A stretch of 64,000 nt of DNA from NCBI GenBank assembly GCA_951406725.2, contig OX597830.1, positions 15,190,001-15,254,000 of the forward strand, read 5' to 3'. Under the pieces are notes generated by a model. That model did not search any database, had not been told where the DNA came from, and worked only from the letters and a program-made list of their open reading frames with translations. A program made the translations under genes and the position numbers. Shown here one piece after another: positions 26,382 through 39,328 of the stretch. Numbering within the stretch: the stretch's first letter is position 1; the number at the start of each line of letters is the position of its first letter. This stretch comes from Octopus vulgaris. Its lineage: Eukaryota.

Positions 26382-26729
26382 TATATATATATATATATCA
26401 TACATATACATATATATATATATACATTCATACATATATATATCGACCCCGGCTTTGTAATATATATACACAAAACATACTAGCATAGGGGACAAATACA
26501 CATATATATATATATCGTCTACAAATCCACTCACAAGGCATTGTCATATATATATATGAACCCAGAACCATAGCAAACTACTTATATATATATATCTGTA
26601 TATATCGTATATATATATATATATATATATAAAAATATATATATCTATATATATATATATGTATGTGTGTTTGTGTGTGTGTGTTTGTGTGTATGTGTGT
26701 GTGTGCAAATACATATTCGCATATGTGGT

Positions 26730-26777
<48 letters not shown>

Positions 26778-26804
26778 AATGTCTTAATAAAGCAAATCTT
26801 GTTG

Positions 26805-26837
<33 letters not shown>

Positions 26838-28649
26838 CTGCTGTTTGTTCTTGACCTCAGCTCGGCCACAATCCAGGTGACCTAAATGCAAAATTGATTC
26901 AGCCCTGAGCATGCTGTCGCTTTTGTATCTCAATGCATAAATTGCCCAACATATTCTTCCTTATTTCCAACTCTTCTAGCACATCGAATAATCTCGTAGG
27001 CGCTGCTGCGTCAGCTGTTCGATTCTTCAAGCAGTTCGAATGTTTCCTTTCGGAAAAGGCTGTTATTTATCGTATTTCATTTCATTTCATTTATTTAATC
27101 TCGTCCCCACTATTTGCTAATTTAATTCTAAAAACTTAGAAATGAAAGTTCATACTATTGTGAATAGATTTGTTCTAGTTGTTATCGACCTCCATAAAAG
27201 TGATCTATCATAAAAGCTTTCCAGCCATGACAGTCCAGACATTTTTCAGGATCAAACTTCGCGCTGGTCAAAATCATTGTATTTAAGTCAGTAAAGTGCG
27301 ATTTAATAGAGATTTGGTTGCAATTTCTAGCGTTTAAAACAAACAGTTTGTGGTTCCCTTCTAGCTCTTTGTGACTGGAGAATTTTAAGATAGTGACGCA
27401 GTCTCACCTCTTGAAGTGATGTAATCGGAGTTGCTGAAGGCACAGGAATAAGCTTCGTGGGTTTTGGGATTGTCTTTTAAAGTAAGAGAAACATAGTAGA
27501 AGAGAGAGAGAGTTCACAGGAGAGTGAATTTAGGGGACAGCGGGGAGAATGTGTAATTGAGAGCGCAATGAATAAAAGAGGAGACAGAGAGAAAGTGTAT
27601 GTGCATGAGAGTTGAGCGTGACAGAAAACTCAAGTGGTAGAGAAAGGAATGAGTAAAGGTGACAGAGAGAAGAGAGAAGTGTAGATGAGTGTAGGTGATA
27701 GAGAGAAAATATTTGGTTGTAGTGGTGGGGATGAAAAGGGCGAAAGAGAGGAAATGAAAGAGAGAAAGAAAATAAAGGAATAAGGGGGAATAATATTGTA
27801 TACTTTGTAAAAGTTAGATGGTTCGATGGTGAGAAGACGTCTTCTTAAAAATATGAAGAGAAGAAAAATAAGAAATAGAGGGAGATTAGAGTTGCGTATT
27901 GATGTTAAGAGAAAGGAAGAAATTCGATGAACGAGATATTAAGTGAGTGAAAGAGGGAGAGAGAGTGTTTATGTGATAGAAGGATGAAGAACATGAAGAT
28001 GACCTCCCTTTGCAAATACCATAAGGGCACAGAAAGTGTGCCTATAGCCAGCTGGAGACGATGTTCTCCTGGGGCTACAAGCCACCCTTAGTGGTTAGCC
28101 ATATTGAGATGGCAAGTATACCTCACATTCTCGTGCAGTTACTGTCTATACCTCGTTCAGAGATTTATTAGAACATGAAGATGTTAAATGCAAATTACTG
28201 CAACCAAAGATTAATCGTAGTTCTTTTTCCATTTGTAAAAACCTGTTATTAAGTCAGGCAGGTTCGTATAGTCTATGTTCCACTGATGATGTCTAAAAAG
28301 ACCAAAACTTGTCCATTGTTGTCGTGCACAAAGTTCAGATTTCCCCCTGTAAGCTTAGAAATGAAATTTGTTTAATTCCTTTTAATTTATTGAAAATTTT
28401 CACCCATTCTCTTTGTCACGAGGTTTTTGTTTCGTTCTCTTTTTATTTCCTCCAACCAAATGGAAAATTTTCCGTTCGTTGAGAATATTTTCAATACATC
28501 TTTACTTACGTGATTTATTTCATATTATGACATAGGTTTATTTCGGTTATTTCCCCTTAGCTCAGTTTTCTCGTTTTTGTAAGTATACAGAAAGAGGCGG
28601 ACAGCATACCAAGGTATGAGCCAACAGGAAATGAGCAGCATACGGACAA

Positions 28650-28689
<40 letters not shown>

Positions 28690-28790
28690 AAACACAAACA
28701 CACACACACACAAACAAACAAATACACACACACACATAAACAAACAAACACATACGCACGTGCGCACAGATATACAGACAAACAGATATA

Positions 28791-28994
28791 CGAGGAGTTG
28801 CCGAATAATTCCTAGCTTAGGGTAAAATAAAATACAAGACAATCAAATAATTATGATTTTATTCAACGTATTCCCCCTCTCAGATTCATACACCGGTCCT
28901 CCAGTTTTTCAAACTCTGTAAAAGAACTCGGAAGGTTGGACCTCCAGCCAGGCCTTTCGCGACACCCTTAAAGCCAGGAACTTCTCAATCCCCT
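28791..28994. mobile_element. mariner-like MITE
   Basis: TA|CGAGGAGTTGCCGAATAATTCCTAGCTTAGGG ... CCCTTAAAGCCAGGAACTTCTCAATCCCCT imperfect TIRs. Confidence 0.6.
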
Positions 28995-29366
28995 ATTGTT
29001 GCGGGTCAATACCAAACATCAAAGGCAGTATTAGTGCTTGAAGAGTTAGTGTAAGCATTTGTCGTGAGAGAATGTAGAGCTGTTTGGGAGAAAAGTATGA
29101 CTAATAGTTGTGGTTGTTGTCGTTGTTGTTGTTGTTGTTGTTGACGTTATAATAGTTGTCGTCGGGCTTATTCTTGTTTTGACACCAGGTCGGCCTTGAT
29201 TGAGCACACCTATGTTCGAAAAATTCTAACCATGGCCAACCTGACTTTTATACGTACTACTGCATAAAACAATGTATTATTAAATAACAGCTTGTGAAAA
29301 ACAGTAGGGTGTGATCCAAGATATATTATACACACACAAACATACACACACATAACTATGTATGTG

Positions 29367-29491
<125 letters not shown>

Positions 29492-29549
29492 GCATGTATG
29501 TACAAACATATATATAATTATATGTGCATATATATATATATATATATAT

Positions 29550-29955
29550 GAGTGGCTGTGTGGTAAGTAGCTTGCTTACCAACCACATGGATCCGGGTTC
29601 AGTCCCACTGCGTGGCATCTTGGGCAAGTGTATTCTACTATAGCCTCGGGCCAACCAAAGCCTTGTGAGTGGATTTGGTAGACGGAAACTGACAGAAGCC
29701 CGTCGTATATATGTATGTATATATATATATATATGTGTGTGTGTATGTTTGTGTGTCTGTGTTTGTCCCCCTAACATTGCTTCACAACCGATGCTGGTGT
29801 GTTCACGTCCCCGTCACTTAGCGGTTCGGCAAAAGAGACCGATAGAATAAGTACTGGGCTTACAAAGAATAAGTCCTGGGGTCGATTTGCACGACTAAAG
29901 ACGGTGCTCCAGCATGGCCGCAGTCAAATGACTGAAACAAGTAAAAGAGTAAAAA
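29550..29955 (+). mobile_element. SINE family A, full length, inserted in (TA)n
   Basis: Near-consensus copy. Confidence 0.93.
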
Positions 29956-29956
29956 A

Positions 29957-30015
<59 letters not shown>

Positions 30016-30298
30016 TGAAAATAAAAAATAGACAGAAGTAGGAAGACAATTTGAAAGACAAAGGGCGTGTCAGTGATCGTGTGGATGTTGGTGGGGGATC
30101 ATCAAATCTAAATGCTACATATAACGGTACATTTCAATATGACAAATGTTGTTGTTGAACCAGTTTCTCAACTTGGTAAATATTTCTGATAGACGGATCT
30201 TGTAACCGATAGAAATTTGCATACGCAAAACACACACACACACACATATGCACACGTGTGTATATGCGCGTATGTATGTGTGTGTATATGTATGTACG

Positions 30299-30351
<53 letters not shown>

Positions 30352-30426
30352 CATTTGCGTGTATATATCAGTATACATCTGTATGTGTATATCATGTGTT
30401 AACACTTACATGTATGTGTGTGTGTG

Positions 30427-30473
<47 letters not shown>

Positions 30474-30555
30474 ATGTGTGTGTTTATACATGTTAGCATT
30501 TGTATGTCCATGTGTACATATTTGTACATATATATGTATGTGTGTTTGTGTATAT

Positions 30556-30594
<39 letters not shown>

Positions 30595-30689
30595 GCATTT
30601 GTAAACACCTAATAACTTATAAACATTTAATCATTAAAGTACAAAAATTATCAGAAAAGCCATTTGTATTCACTTTTCATAAATGTGTG

Positions 30690-30737
<48 letters not shown>

Positions 30738-30979
30738 TATGTGTGTGTGTGTATTAAACACTTTCGGTATGCAAATTAGGGACTCCTTCATAAAATAACT
30801 GCTGCCTTTGTTGAGTATATAAACAGTTTGGCTACCAGTTTCTCTTGAGACTGTCAGAATGATGTAGACGCCTCTGGTGAGAACCCAATAAGGGTCTAAA
30901 ATCAATTAAAGGTTTTTCATCATTATTTTCAGTCTACGGAGAAATAGCTAAAATTTGCCCTGTTTATAATTATACCATA

Positions 30980-31491
30980 TCTATATATATAAAACTCTAG
31001 TTGTGTGAGTGTCTGTCCCCTTCGATTTAGATTCCTAACTCCTCTCACATTTTGCGGTGCAGTTTAACCAAATTCGGGTATCTTATAGTCGTGATTCATA
31101 TCGAGCCCGTCTGACTATTAGCGCGCGTCAACGATGAGTCTACGATTTTAAAAATAATTTAACATCATTTTTTATTCCATTTTAATGCATAAAATGCATC
31201 GTATGTCGATGGCGGCGGAGTTGGCGTCCACGCTCACAGCTGCACCTGTTTGCTTCTCCCCCTTCCCTCCCTCGTGAAGCTGTGGGGAAGGGAGTGTAAA
31301 GAAATCAACGTCGTAATGCGTTGTGAAGGAAACCAGCGTTCTTTTAGAACAACGACTTCATGGCTTGAAGACACCAAAACAAAAATGGCTAAGAAAGCCC
31401 GAATTGGCATCTATAAGGGAAGTAACTCTCTAAAAATGCTTATATAGTTATTTCCCTTACAAACCCGAGCAACGCCGGGCGATACTGCTAG
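30980..31491 (+). mobile_element. Non-autonomous Helitron (family H1)
   Basis: A|TC 5' end, 3' hairpin CCCG-AGCAACGC-CGGG followed by CTAG|T, no TSD; near-identical copy at 47637-48151. Confidence 0.88.
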
Positions 31492-31738
31492 TCTTTATAT
31501 ATAAAAGTAAGATTGTGTGTCTGTCTCCTACGATTTAGATTCTAACTACTTCCACATTTTTCTTAAATAAACCGGGTATCTTATAGTTGTGATTCATATC
31601 GAGCCCCTGGGTATTTGATGCACTACGATTTTTTTCCATCATTTTTCCATTTTAATGCATTTTTTCAGTATGGATGGTCATAACTTATTGTGTTTATGCA
31701 TTTTTTTGCTATTTTTTGGCTATAACTCTCTAAAAATG

Positions 31739-31745
<7 letters not shown>
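31492..31745 (+). mobile_element. Second, diverged and deleted H1-related Helitron, directly abutting the first
   Basis: Starts TCTTTATATATAAAAG..TTGTGTG..CGATTTAGATTC, colinear with H1. Confidence 0.75.
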
Positions 31746-31783
<38 letters not shown>

Positions 31784-32348
31784 TATGTGTGTGTGTGTGT
31801 GTGTGTGTAAATATATATTTATATATACTGCGATACTCCAGCATGGCCGCAGTCAAATAACTGAAACAAATAAAAGAATATATATATATTCGTGTGTGCG
31901 CGAGCGTATGTGTGTGTGTCGTTCATCTCTTTTACAGATCTAGAGACAAGGCCAACAATTTTTAGGGTGGGCGCTGACTGGGTTACATCGGCCCTTGTAT
32001 TTAGGCTGATACTTTATTTTGTCGACCCCAAAAAGATGAAAGACAAAGTTGTTCCGGTGGGATTTCAACTAAGAATATTAAAGAGGTGAGGAAATAACCG
32101 CAAATGATTTCTTCCGACACTCTGACGATTAAGTCATTTCGTCACCGGCAATACAAAAATTTCAAAGATTAAGGTAGTTGGATCGCGTTTAGGTTGCAAT
32201 TAACTATCAGCTGAAAAATTCAAGTAAGCAGGAAACGAAGGTTCACACCCAGATTTACTAATGAAGAGGGTTTGTCAGGAGCTGGATTAATACTCAGAGA
32301 GACCCTAAGCCGTTAAAAGATTTTGGTGTCCCCATATATATATATATA

Positions 32349-32753
32349 GGCGCAGGAGTGGCTGTGTGATAAGTAGCTTGTTTACCAACCACATGGTTCC
32401 GGGTTCAGTCCCACTGCGTGGCACCTTGGGCAAGTGTCTTCTACTATAGCCTCGGGCCGACCAAAGCCTTGTGAGTGGATTTGGTAGACAGAAACTGAAA
32501 GAAGCCCGTCGTATATATGTATATATATATATATATATGCGTGTATGTGTTTGTGTGTCTGTGTTTGTCCCCTAGCATTGCTTGACAACCGATGCTGGTG
32601 TGTTTATGTCCCCGCTACCTAGCGGTTCGGCAAAAGAGACCGATAGAATAAGTACTGGGCTTACAAAAGAATAAGTCCTGGGGTCGAGTTGCTCGATTAA
32701 AGGCAGTGCTCCAGCATGGCCGCAGTCAAATGACTGAAACAAGTAAAAGGAGA
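32349..32753 (+). mobile_element. SINE family A, full length
   Basis: Near-consensus copy flanked by (TA)n. Confidence 0.93.
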
Positions 32754-33129
32754 ATATATATATATATATATAATTTGAGATATAAATAATAATACATCTT
32801 ACAATAAACTTTTATTTTTCAAAAGGAAAGAAAACTAACAATAAGATGAAAATAATGTTCCTTTTTGTATACTACCATTTTGTTTATATTTGAAACGCTT
32901 TCCCTCTTTTTTTTTATTTAATTCCAAAGTTATTGATCAGATCCTCACTGTAACACTACGATCACTTCAAAATTTATTTCCGATCACAATTTGGATGGCC
33001 ATAACTTATTGGGAATTCCTAAAATCAAGATCCTGTGTAAGACAGTTCAGTATTCTCTGTAAATGCACAAAAACCGTTTTAAGGGCTACGTACTTTGTAT
33101 TGCTGTTATTGGATTAGCGAAACAATTAT

Positions 33130-33188
33130 GAGAACGGAACCAAGGAATTATCCCCGCTTTCCCGGGAATTACCGGGTAAATCAGCTAG
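33130..33188 (+). mobile_element. Helitron-like 3' end (family H2)
   Basis: CCCGG-GAATTA-CCGGG hairpin followed by CTAG|T. Confidence 0.6.
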
Positions 33189-33226
33189 TTTATACATAAC
33201 CACATACATCTATGTATATAAACATA

Positions 33227-33591
33227 ATTGTCAATAATAATATAGGGTGAAATTAATTAATTTGGAATAATCATTAATTTCACCAAGTAGATTTCGGCAT
33301 GTAAAAGCCCCATTCAAGGAAGGTTTAAGTAATACTAAGTAATTAAGGGTTTAGCAACGATTTGCCTCACCACACACCGAATTTAGAAATAGCAGTCAAA
33401 GAGTTATGGCTATTATAGAATGATTGTCGTCATTTCTTTCTCTTTTGCCTGCGTTGTTTGCCTTTTAAGTGCTGTGGTTTTACTGGGTTCTCCCTTTTAA
33501 GTAGAAAGAATAGCCATAACTCTTTGACTGCTATTTCTAAATTCGGTGTGTGGTGAGGCAAATCGTTGCTAAACCCTTAATTACTTAGTAT
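33227..33591. mobile_element. Insertion containing a perfect 83-bp inverted repeat, probably Penelope-like
   Basis: Arms 33332-33414 and 33509-33591 are exact reverse complements; flanking duplication GTATATAAACATA; GGC..GCC-GAAA hammerhead-like motif on minus strand ~33290-33320. Confidence 0.65.
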
Positions 33592-34419
33592 ATAAACATA
33601 CGTACATCTACAAGCGTCTGTAGCAAATGACTCTTCAAAATAAAATTAAAACCCAACTTATTTAAAATTCAAACCTCATTAGTATTATTAATTTCTGTGT
33701 CTATATTTATTTACATATAAACTTACATATAGCATTTTTTTATTTACATTTAATATTACTATCAAATACATGCATTTAGTTGACCGCTTCTCTCAGTGTA
33801 GCTATGTTGTTGTTGTCGCTGTTGTTGATAATATTGCTGCTGCTGCTGCTGATGATGATGATGCTACTGCAACTGTTGTTGTTGTTGTTGTTGTTGTTAT
33901 TGCTGTGGTAGTTCGTCCATCGGAATCGCGAGCACCTTGGCGTCGCTTAAATGCTAATGAGTGCGTTAAGTCTGGCAATGAAAGGTCAAGCTAATTTGGA
34001 CGAGGAAACTTTTCCCCACATGTACAATATACATAACTGATATCAAAGCAACTAGAGATCTTCTGAATGGTTGCCAGAGCCGTAAGAAATAGCAGCCAAG
34101 TCTCCCTCAAATTACACCCTAGCTTCTTAAAATTCAAAGCACATTAAATAACGGAATCTAATGCACATTATTTAAAATAAGCACTGAATGGTCACACTTT
34201 AGCTATGTCATGTCCTAAATATCCAAAAAGCTGTGGTGCTCATGGCCGGAACGTCTTTTTCAAAGTTCTATTCTGCAATGTTTAATTTATAGTTAAATAA
34301 CAACACCAGGAATAACAACAAAGAATGAACCCCGCGTGTCTGCCAAACCAATTTGAAACGATAAACAAATCTTCCTCAAACTACGATCCACCTCTTTAAC
34401 AAACACGTTAGGTAATGTT

Positions 34420-34760
34420 AGGAGTCTTCGTGGGGAACTTTCCAGATCCATATTCTTACAAGACAAACATTCTCGCAGTGATTGAATAGATCACTCGCAT
34501 TGCTTGAGTAGATCAATAATTACAAGCGATCCACCTGTGTCTATCCCAGACTTTTGAAATTGTGTATAACATTGATTAATACGTAAAGTTCTTCCAGGAG
34601 GGTAAAGTGTGATATGAGGGATATTCTGATACTATTTCTAGTATGAATACCGTCCTCGTAGAAGCTTCTCCAATGTCCCATCCTTGAAGTTTCCAAAGAA
34701 GATTCATAAAGTGTTACTGTGGAGCCAACAGATTGAAACACTTTTGTCAAAGAGAACAAT
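34420..34760 (-). mobile_element. Decayed RTE-like LINE, post-RT region
   Basis: KVFQSVGSTVTLYES..DGIHTR..HFTLLEELY resembles RTE ..F...V.S.LLYG..LDG.YTR..H.TN.ELY. Confidence 0.45.
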
Positions 34761-34794
34761 CATGCTCAAAGGCAGAGAAAACCTTTAATATTGA

Positions 34795-35229
34795 TTTCAA
34801 ATTTTGGCACAAGGCCAGCAATTTCGGGTGACGGACCTCGTCAATTACATCGAACTCAATATTCAACTGGTTCTTATTTTATCGACCCAGAAAGGATGAA
34901 ATGCAAAGACGAAGTCGGTGAACTTTCAACGCAGAACGTAAAGATGAATGAAATAAGAATTTGGCCCTGCTTGCTAACGATTCTGCCAGCTCACCGCTTT
35001 AAGAAAAACTTTAACAGTAGTTTCAAATTTTGGCTCGATGCCAGCAATTTCTGGGGAGGGTTAAGTCGATTACTTCGACACTAGTGTTTGATTGTTACTT
35101 ATTTTATCGATCCCGAAAGGTTGAATGGGGAAAGTTAACCTCGGCGGAATTTGAACGCAGAAGGGGAAGACGAACGATATGCCACTAAGCATTTTGCCCG
35201 GCGTACTAACGGCTCCGCCAGATCGCCGC
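34795..35229 (-). mobile_element. Two diverged SINE-B copies in tandem (tail type 2)
   Basis: 34795-34998 and 35020-35229, each followed on the plus strand by TTTAAGAAAAC-like sequence. Confidence 0.8.
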
Positions 35230-35791
35230 TTTAAGAAAACCTTTAATATCACCAATTAAAACAAGTTTGTTGCTAGGTAACATCTAAGTCTAATCCAAGG
35301 TAATTAGTTTAGTAAGTCAAGCCTGTGCATCTGTACGTTAATCAATGTGCCATCATTCTTCCTCGTTATCAATTTCGATATCAAATTCAAGCTACGCCAA
35401 ACAGATAACAGCAATTCAGAGATATAAACTTTCATCTCACATAAAAGGCAGAGAAACGTTATATTCGTTTAATCGCTTCAGTCAGTGAACTGTGGCCAGA
35501 ATAGGGCATCGCTTTCAAGAGCCTTTGGTCGATCATACTGAGCTCGAACGTATTTCATTTTGGTAGATATTTAATCGATCTCTGTGAAATCGCTAAGCGA
35601 TATCACACGCAATACAGTATGTATACAATAGTTGTGCTTTTAGTCTATGGCTTTCAATGCGTTATATCTTATTGTTCAGCATTTACTGCTTACGAATAGT
35701 GGGCCAATTTATGTTATCTATCGATCAGTATATCTATCTATCTGTCTATATCTATATACACACATACATAAGGTAATTTTCATTTTCACTA

Positions 35792-36018
35792 AGGTGGCGA
35801 GCTAACAGAACCGTTAAGCACACCGGCTAAAATGTTTAGCGGCATTTCGTCCGTCTTTACGTTCTGAGTTCAAATTCCGCTGAGGTTGACTTTGCTTTTC
35901 ATTCCTTCGGGATCGATAAAATAAGTACCATTTGAGCACCAGGATCGATATAATTGATTTACCCACTCCTACCAGCTCCACTCGAAATTATTGGTCCTGT
36001 ACCAAGATTTGACACCAA
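35792..36018 (+). mobile_element. SINE family B (tail type 2)
   Basis: Matches other B copies. Confidence 0.85.
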
Positions 36019-36166
36019 CATTTATCACCACTTAAAATTACTTATTTCATTTTGGTAGATATTTAATCGATCTCTGTGAAATCACACACACACACGTGCG
36101 TGCGTTCCGATTAAGTGTATATTTGTGCTTATATTGTTTACGCTCAGGAATAAGTAGAAGTTCATA

Positions 36167-36785
<619 letters not shown>

Positions 36786-36935
36786 TTACAGTACGACTAC
36801 AAGTTTCAATATTTTGCACTAATGCAGCCACACGGACAAAAAAGTACAAATCACCATTTAATGGCTACGCATGTGCAAAAACACGTAATACAAAAATGTC
36901 CAAACGAATGCACACAGTAATAATTAAAATACGTA

Positions 36936-37877
36936 AGGCGGCAAAACGTTATCTCGCCGTGCGAAATGTTTAGCAGTATTTCATCTACCTTCACGTTCTG
37001 AGTTCAAATTCCGCTGAGGTCGACTTTGCCTTTCATCCTTTCGGAGTCGATTAAATAACTACCAGTTACGCACTGGGGTCGATGTAATCGACTTCATCCG
37101 TTTGTCTGTCCTTGTTTGTCCCCTCTGTGTTTAGCCCCTTGTGGGTAGTAAAGAAATAGGTATTTCATCTACCGTCACGTTCTGAGTTCAAATTCCGCTG
37201 AGGTCGACTTTGCCTTTCATCCTTTCGGGGTCGATTAAATAACTACCAGTTACGCACTGGGGTCGATGTAATCGACTTCATCCGTTTGTCTGTCCTTGTT
37301 TGTCTCCTCTAGCCCCTTGTGGGTAGTAAAGAAATAGGTATTTCATCTACCGTCACGTTCTGAGTTCAAATTCCGCTGAGGTCGACTTTGCCTTTCATCC
37401 TTTCGGGGTCGATTAAATAAGTACCAGTTACGCACTGGGGTCGATATAATCGACTTAATCCGTTTGTCTGTCCTTGTTTGTCCTCTCTGTGTTTAGCCCC
37501 TTGTGGGTAGTAAAGAAATAGGTATTTCATCTGCCGTCACGTTCTGAGTTCAAATTCCGCCGAGGTCGACTTTGCCTTTCATCCTTTCGGGGTCGATTAA
37601 ATAAGTACCAGTTACGTACTGGGGTCGATATAATCGACTTAATCTGTTTGTCTGTCCTTGTTTGTCCCCTCTGTGTTTAGCCCCTTGTGGGTAGTAAAGA
37701 AATAGGCATTTCGTCGATCTTTACGTATTGAGTTCAAATTCCGCTGAGGTCGACTTGTCTTTTATCCTTTCAGGGTCGATAAATTAAGTACCAGTTGTAT
37801 ACTGGTGTCGATTTAATCAACTGGCCCCCTCCCCAAAAATAATCTTGGCCTTGTACCTAGAGTAGAAAAGAATAATT
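36936..37877 (+). repeat. Tandem array of SINE-B bodies (one head plus five units, period 184/178/184/184 bp)
   Basis: Units start at 36977, 37161, 37339, 37523 and 37707; junction AAGAAATAGG|TATTTC. Confidence 0.95.
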
Positions 37878-37886
37878 AAAATGCGT

Positions 37887-38108
37887 GAAGCAGCGAATTT
37901 GCAGAGTCGTTAGCACGTCGGATAAGGCGCTTAGCGACATTTCGTCCGTCTTTATGTTCTGAGTTCAAATTCCGCCGAAGTCGACTTTGTCATTTATCTT
38001 TTCGTGGTCGATAAAATAAGTACCAGTGGGGCATTGGAGGACGATATAATCGATTTACTCCCTCCCTTGGAATTGCTGGCTTTGTGCCAAAATTAATTTG
38101 AAACCAAT
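37887..38108 (+). mobile_element. SINE family B (tail type 2)
   Basis: Matches other B copies. Confidence 0.85.
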
Positions 38109-38182
38109 ACGGAAAATACTTAAAGCAATGAGAGCACATAATTCATAGTTTAAGAAACAATTTGTCTCTGTTTATATGTTAA

Positions 38183-38238
<56 letters not shown>

Positions 38239-38333
38239 AAAGTAGGGATCATTATTCGAAGAACCATGTAGAAGCAAAACTTGTTGCAGAATAACAGATA
38301 AATATAAACAAATGTAATTTTTAAACACTATTT

Positions 38334-38765
38334 GGATCTTTTCGGTTTGACCGGCAGTTTTTTCTAGCGGTGTCATATGAAATTGTCACCCATAATTATG
38401 ACCCTAGTATCGATCCATTGCATTTCAATCTGTTTTAGGGTTAGGGTTAGGGTAGGGGTGGGGGTGGGGGATGGTATCTTTTTTTCTTCACAAATGTAAA
38501 TAAACCCAATCTGTTTCTTAAACGAGGGACATATTCATACGGCACAGACTGTTTTTTTTTTACCTCAATGGACGTCATTGATTGGTTGAAATTGCAGAAA
38601 TTGAAGAAGAAAAATGCAACAAATATCTTACAAACTATAGAATTTTCTCAATAAAGCCACGAGAAAAAGATGTTTTATAAACACATTCTACCAGTATACG
38701 AAGTTTAAAATGTTTTAGCTACCGCGAGATTATGTTAAAAACTGCCGTTCAAAACGAAAAGATCC
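38334..38765. mobile_element. MITE with ~28-bp TIRs and 8-bp TSD (Merlin-like), internal TTAGGG repeats
   Basis: GGATCTTTTCGGTTTGACCGGCAGTTTT / AAAACTGCCGTTCAAAACGAAAAGATCC; TSD CACTATTT on both sides. Confidence 0.9.
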
Positions 38766-39209
38766 CACTATTTTCCTCGTCTTAATTCTTATGGCCACAA
38801 CATTTTGGGCTGTTGTCGCCTTCTCCGGGTTTGTCGTATTCGTTATCGTTCTCTGCGTTTGAAACTGAACGTTTCATGAAGTCCACGTAGATAGATTGCT
38901 CTCAGTTTTTATAAAACAAAACATACATCAAGTATCTGTATATATATATGTCTGTTTGTCTAACCAACCTGACTATCATTTTGCAACCCTTCCCTAGCTG
39001 CCAAACAAAAATACTTTCTGTAACAAATTTCTTTGCTTTTGTAAGTAACTATACCTAAGAAGTTTGCTACAGAGTGCTGAGATGTTAAAGGGCCTACATA
39101 CGAGTAAAGGTAATTTATTTCTTTTGTTAAGTACAAACAATAATACATTTGGGCGTATATCTGTGACAGCACCCAGTGATCATTAAAAGAAGGTCGCCTT
39201 CGTAGATAG

Positions 39210-39290
39210 ATATGTTTCTTTATTAGCCACACAGGGCTGCACACAGATAGAACAAATTACAAGGTAGAGCTTTTCTTTTGAAGGTTTAAG

Positions 39291-39328
<38 letters not shown>

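Noticed and set aside
28282-28312. CTGATGA..AAAC hammerhead-like motif (also 45177-45215)
   Set aside because: Stem I or the GAAA placement fails; too degenerate to call.
31250-31447. Similar 65-66-aa ORF present twice (also 47907)
   Set aside because: It lies inside two near-identical Helitron copies, starts at TTG and shows no recognisable domain.
36977-37877. CRISPR-like regular array
   Set aside because: Units are whole SINE bodies with no unique spacers, there are no cas genes, and the context is eukaryotic.
38435-38470. Telomere or chromosome fusion scar
   Set aside because: Only a few TTAGGG units, located inside a MITE with TSDs.
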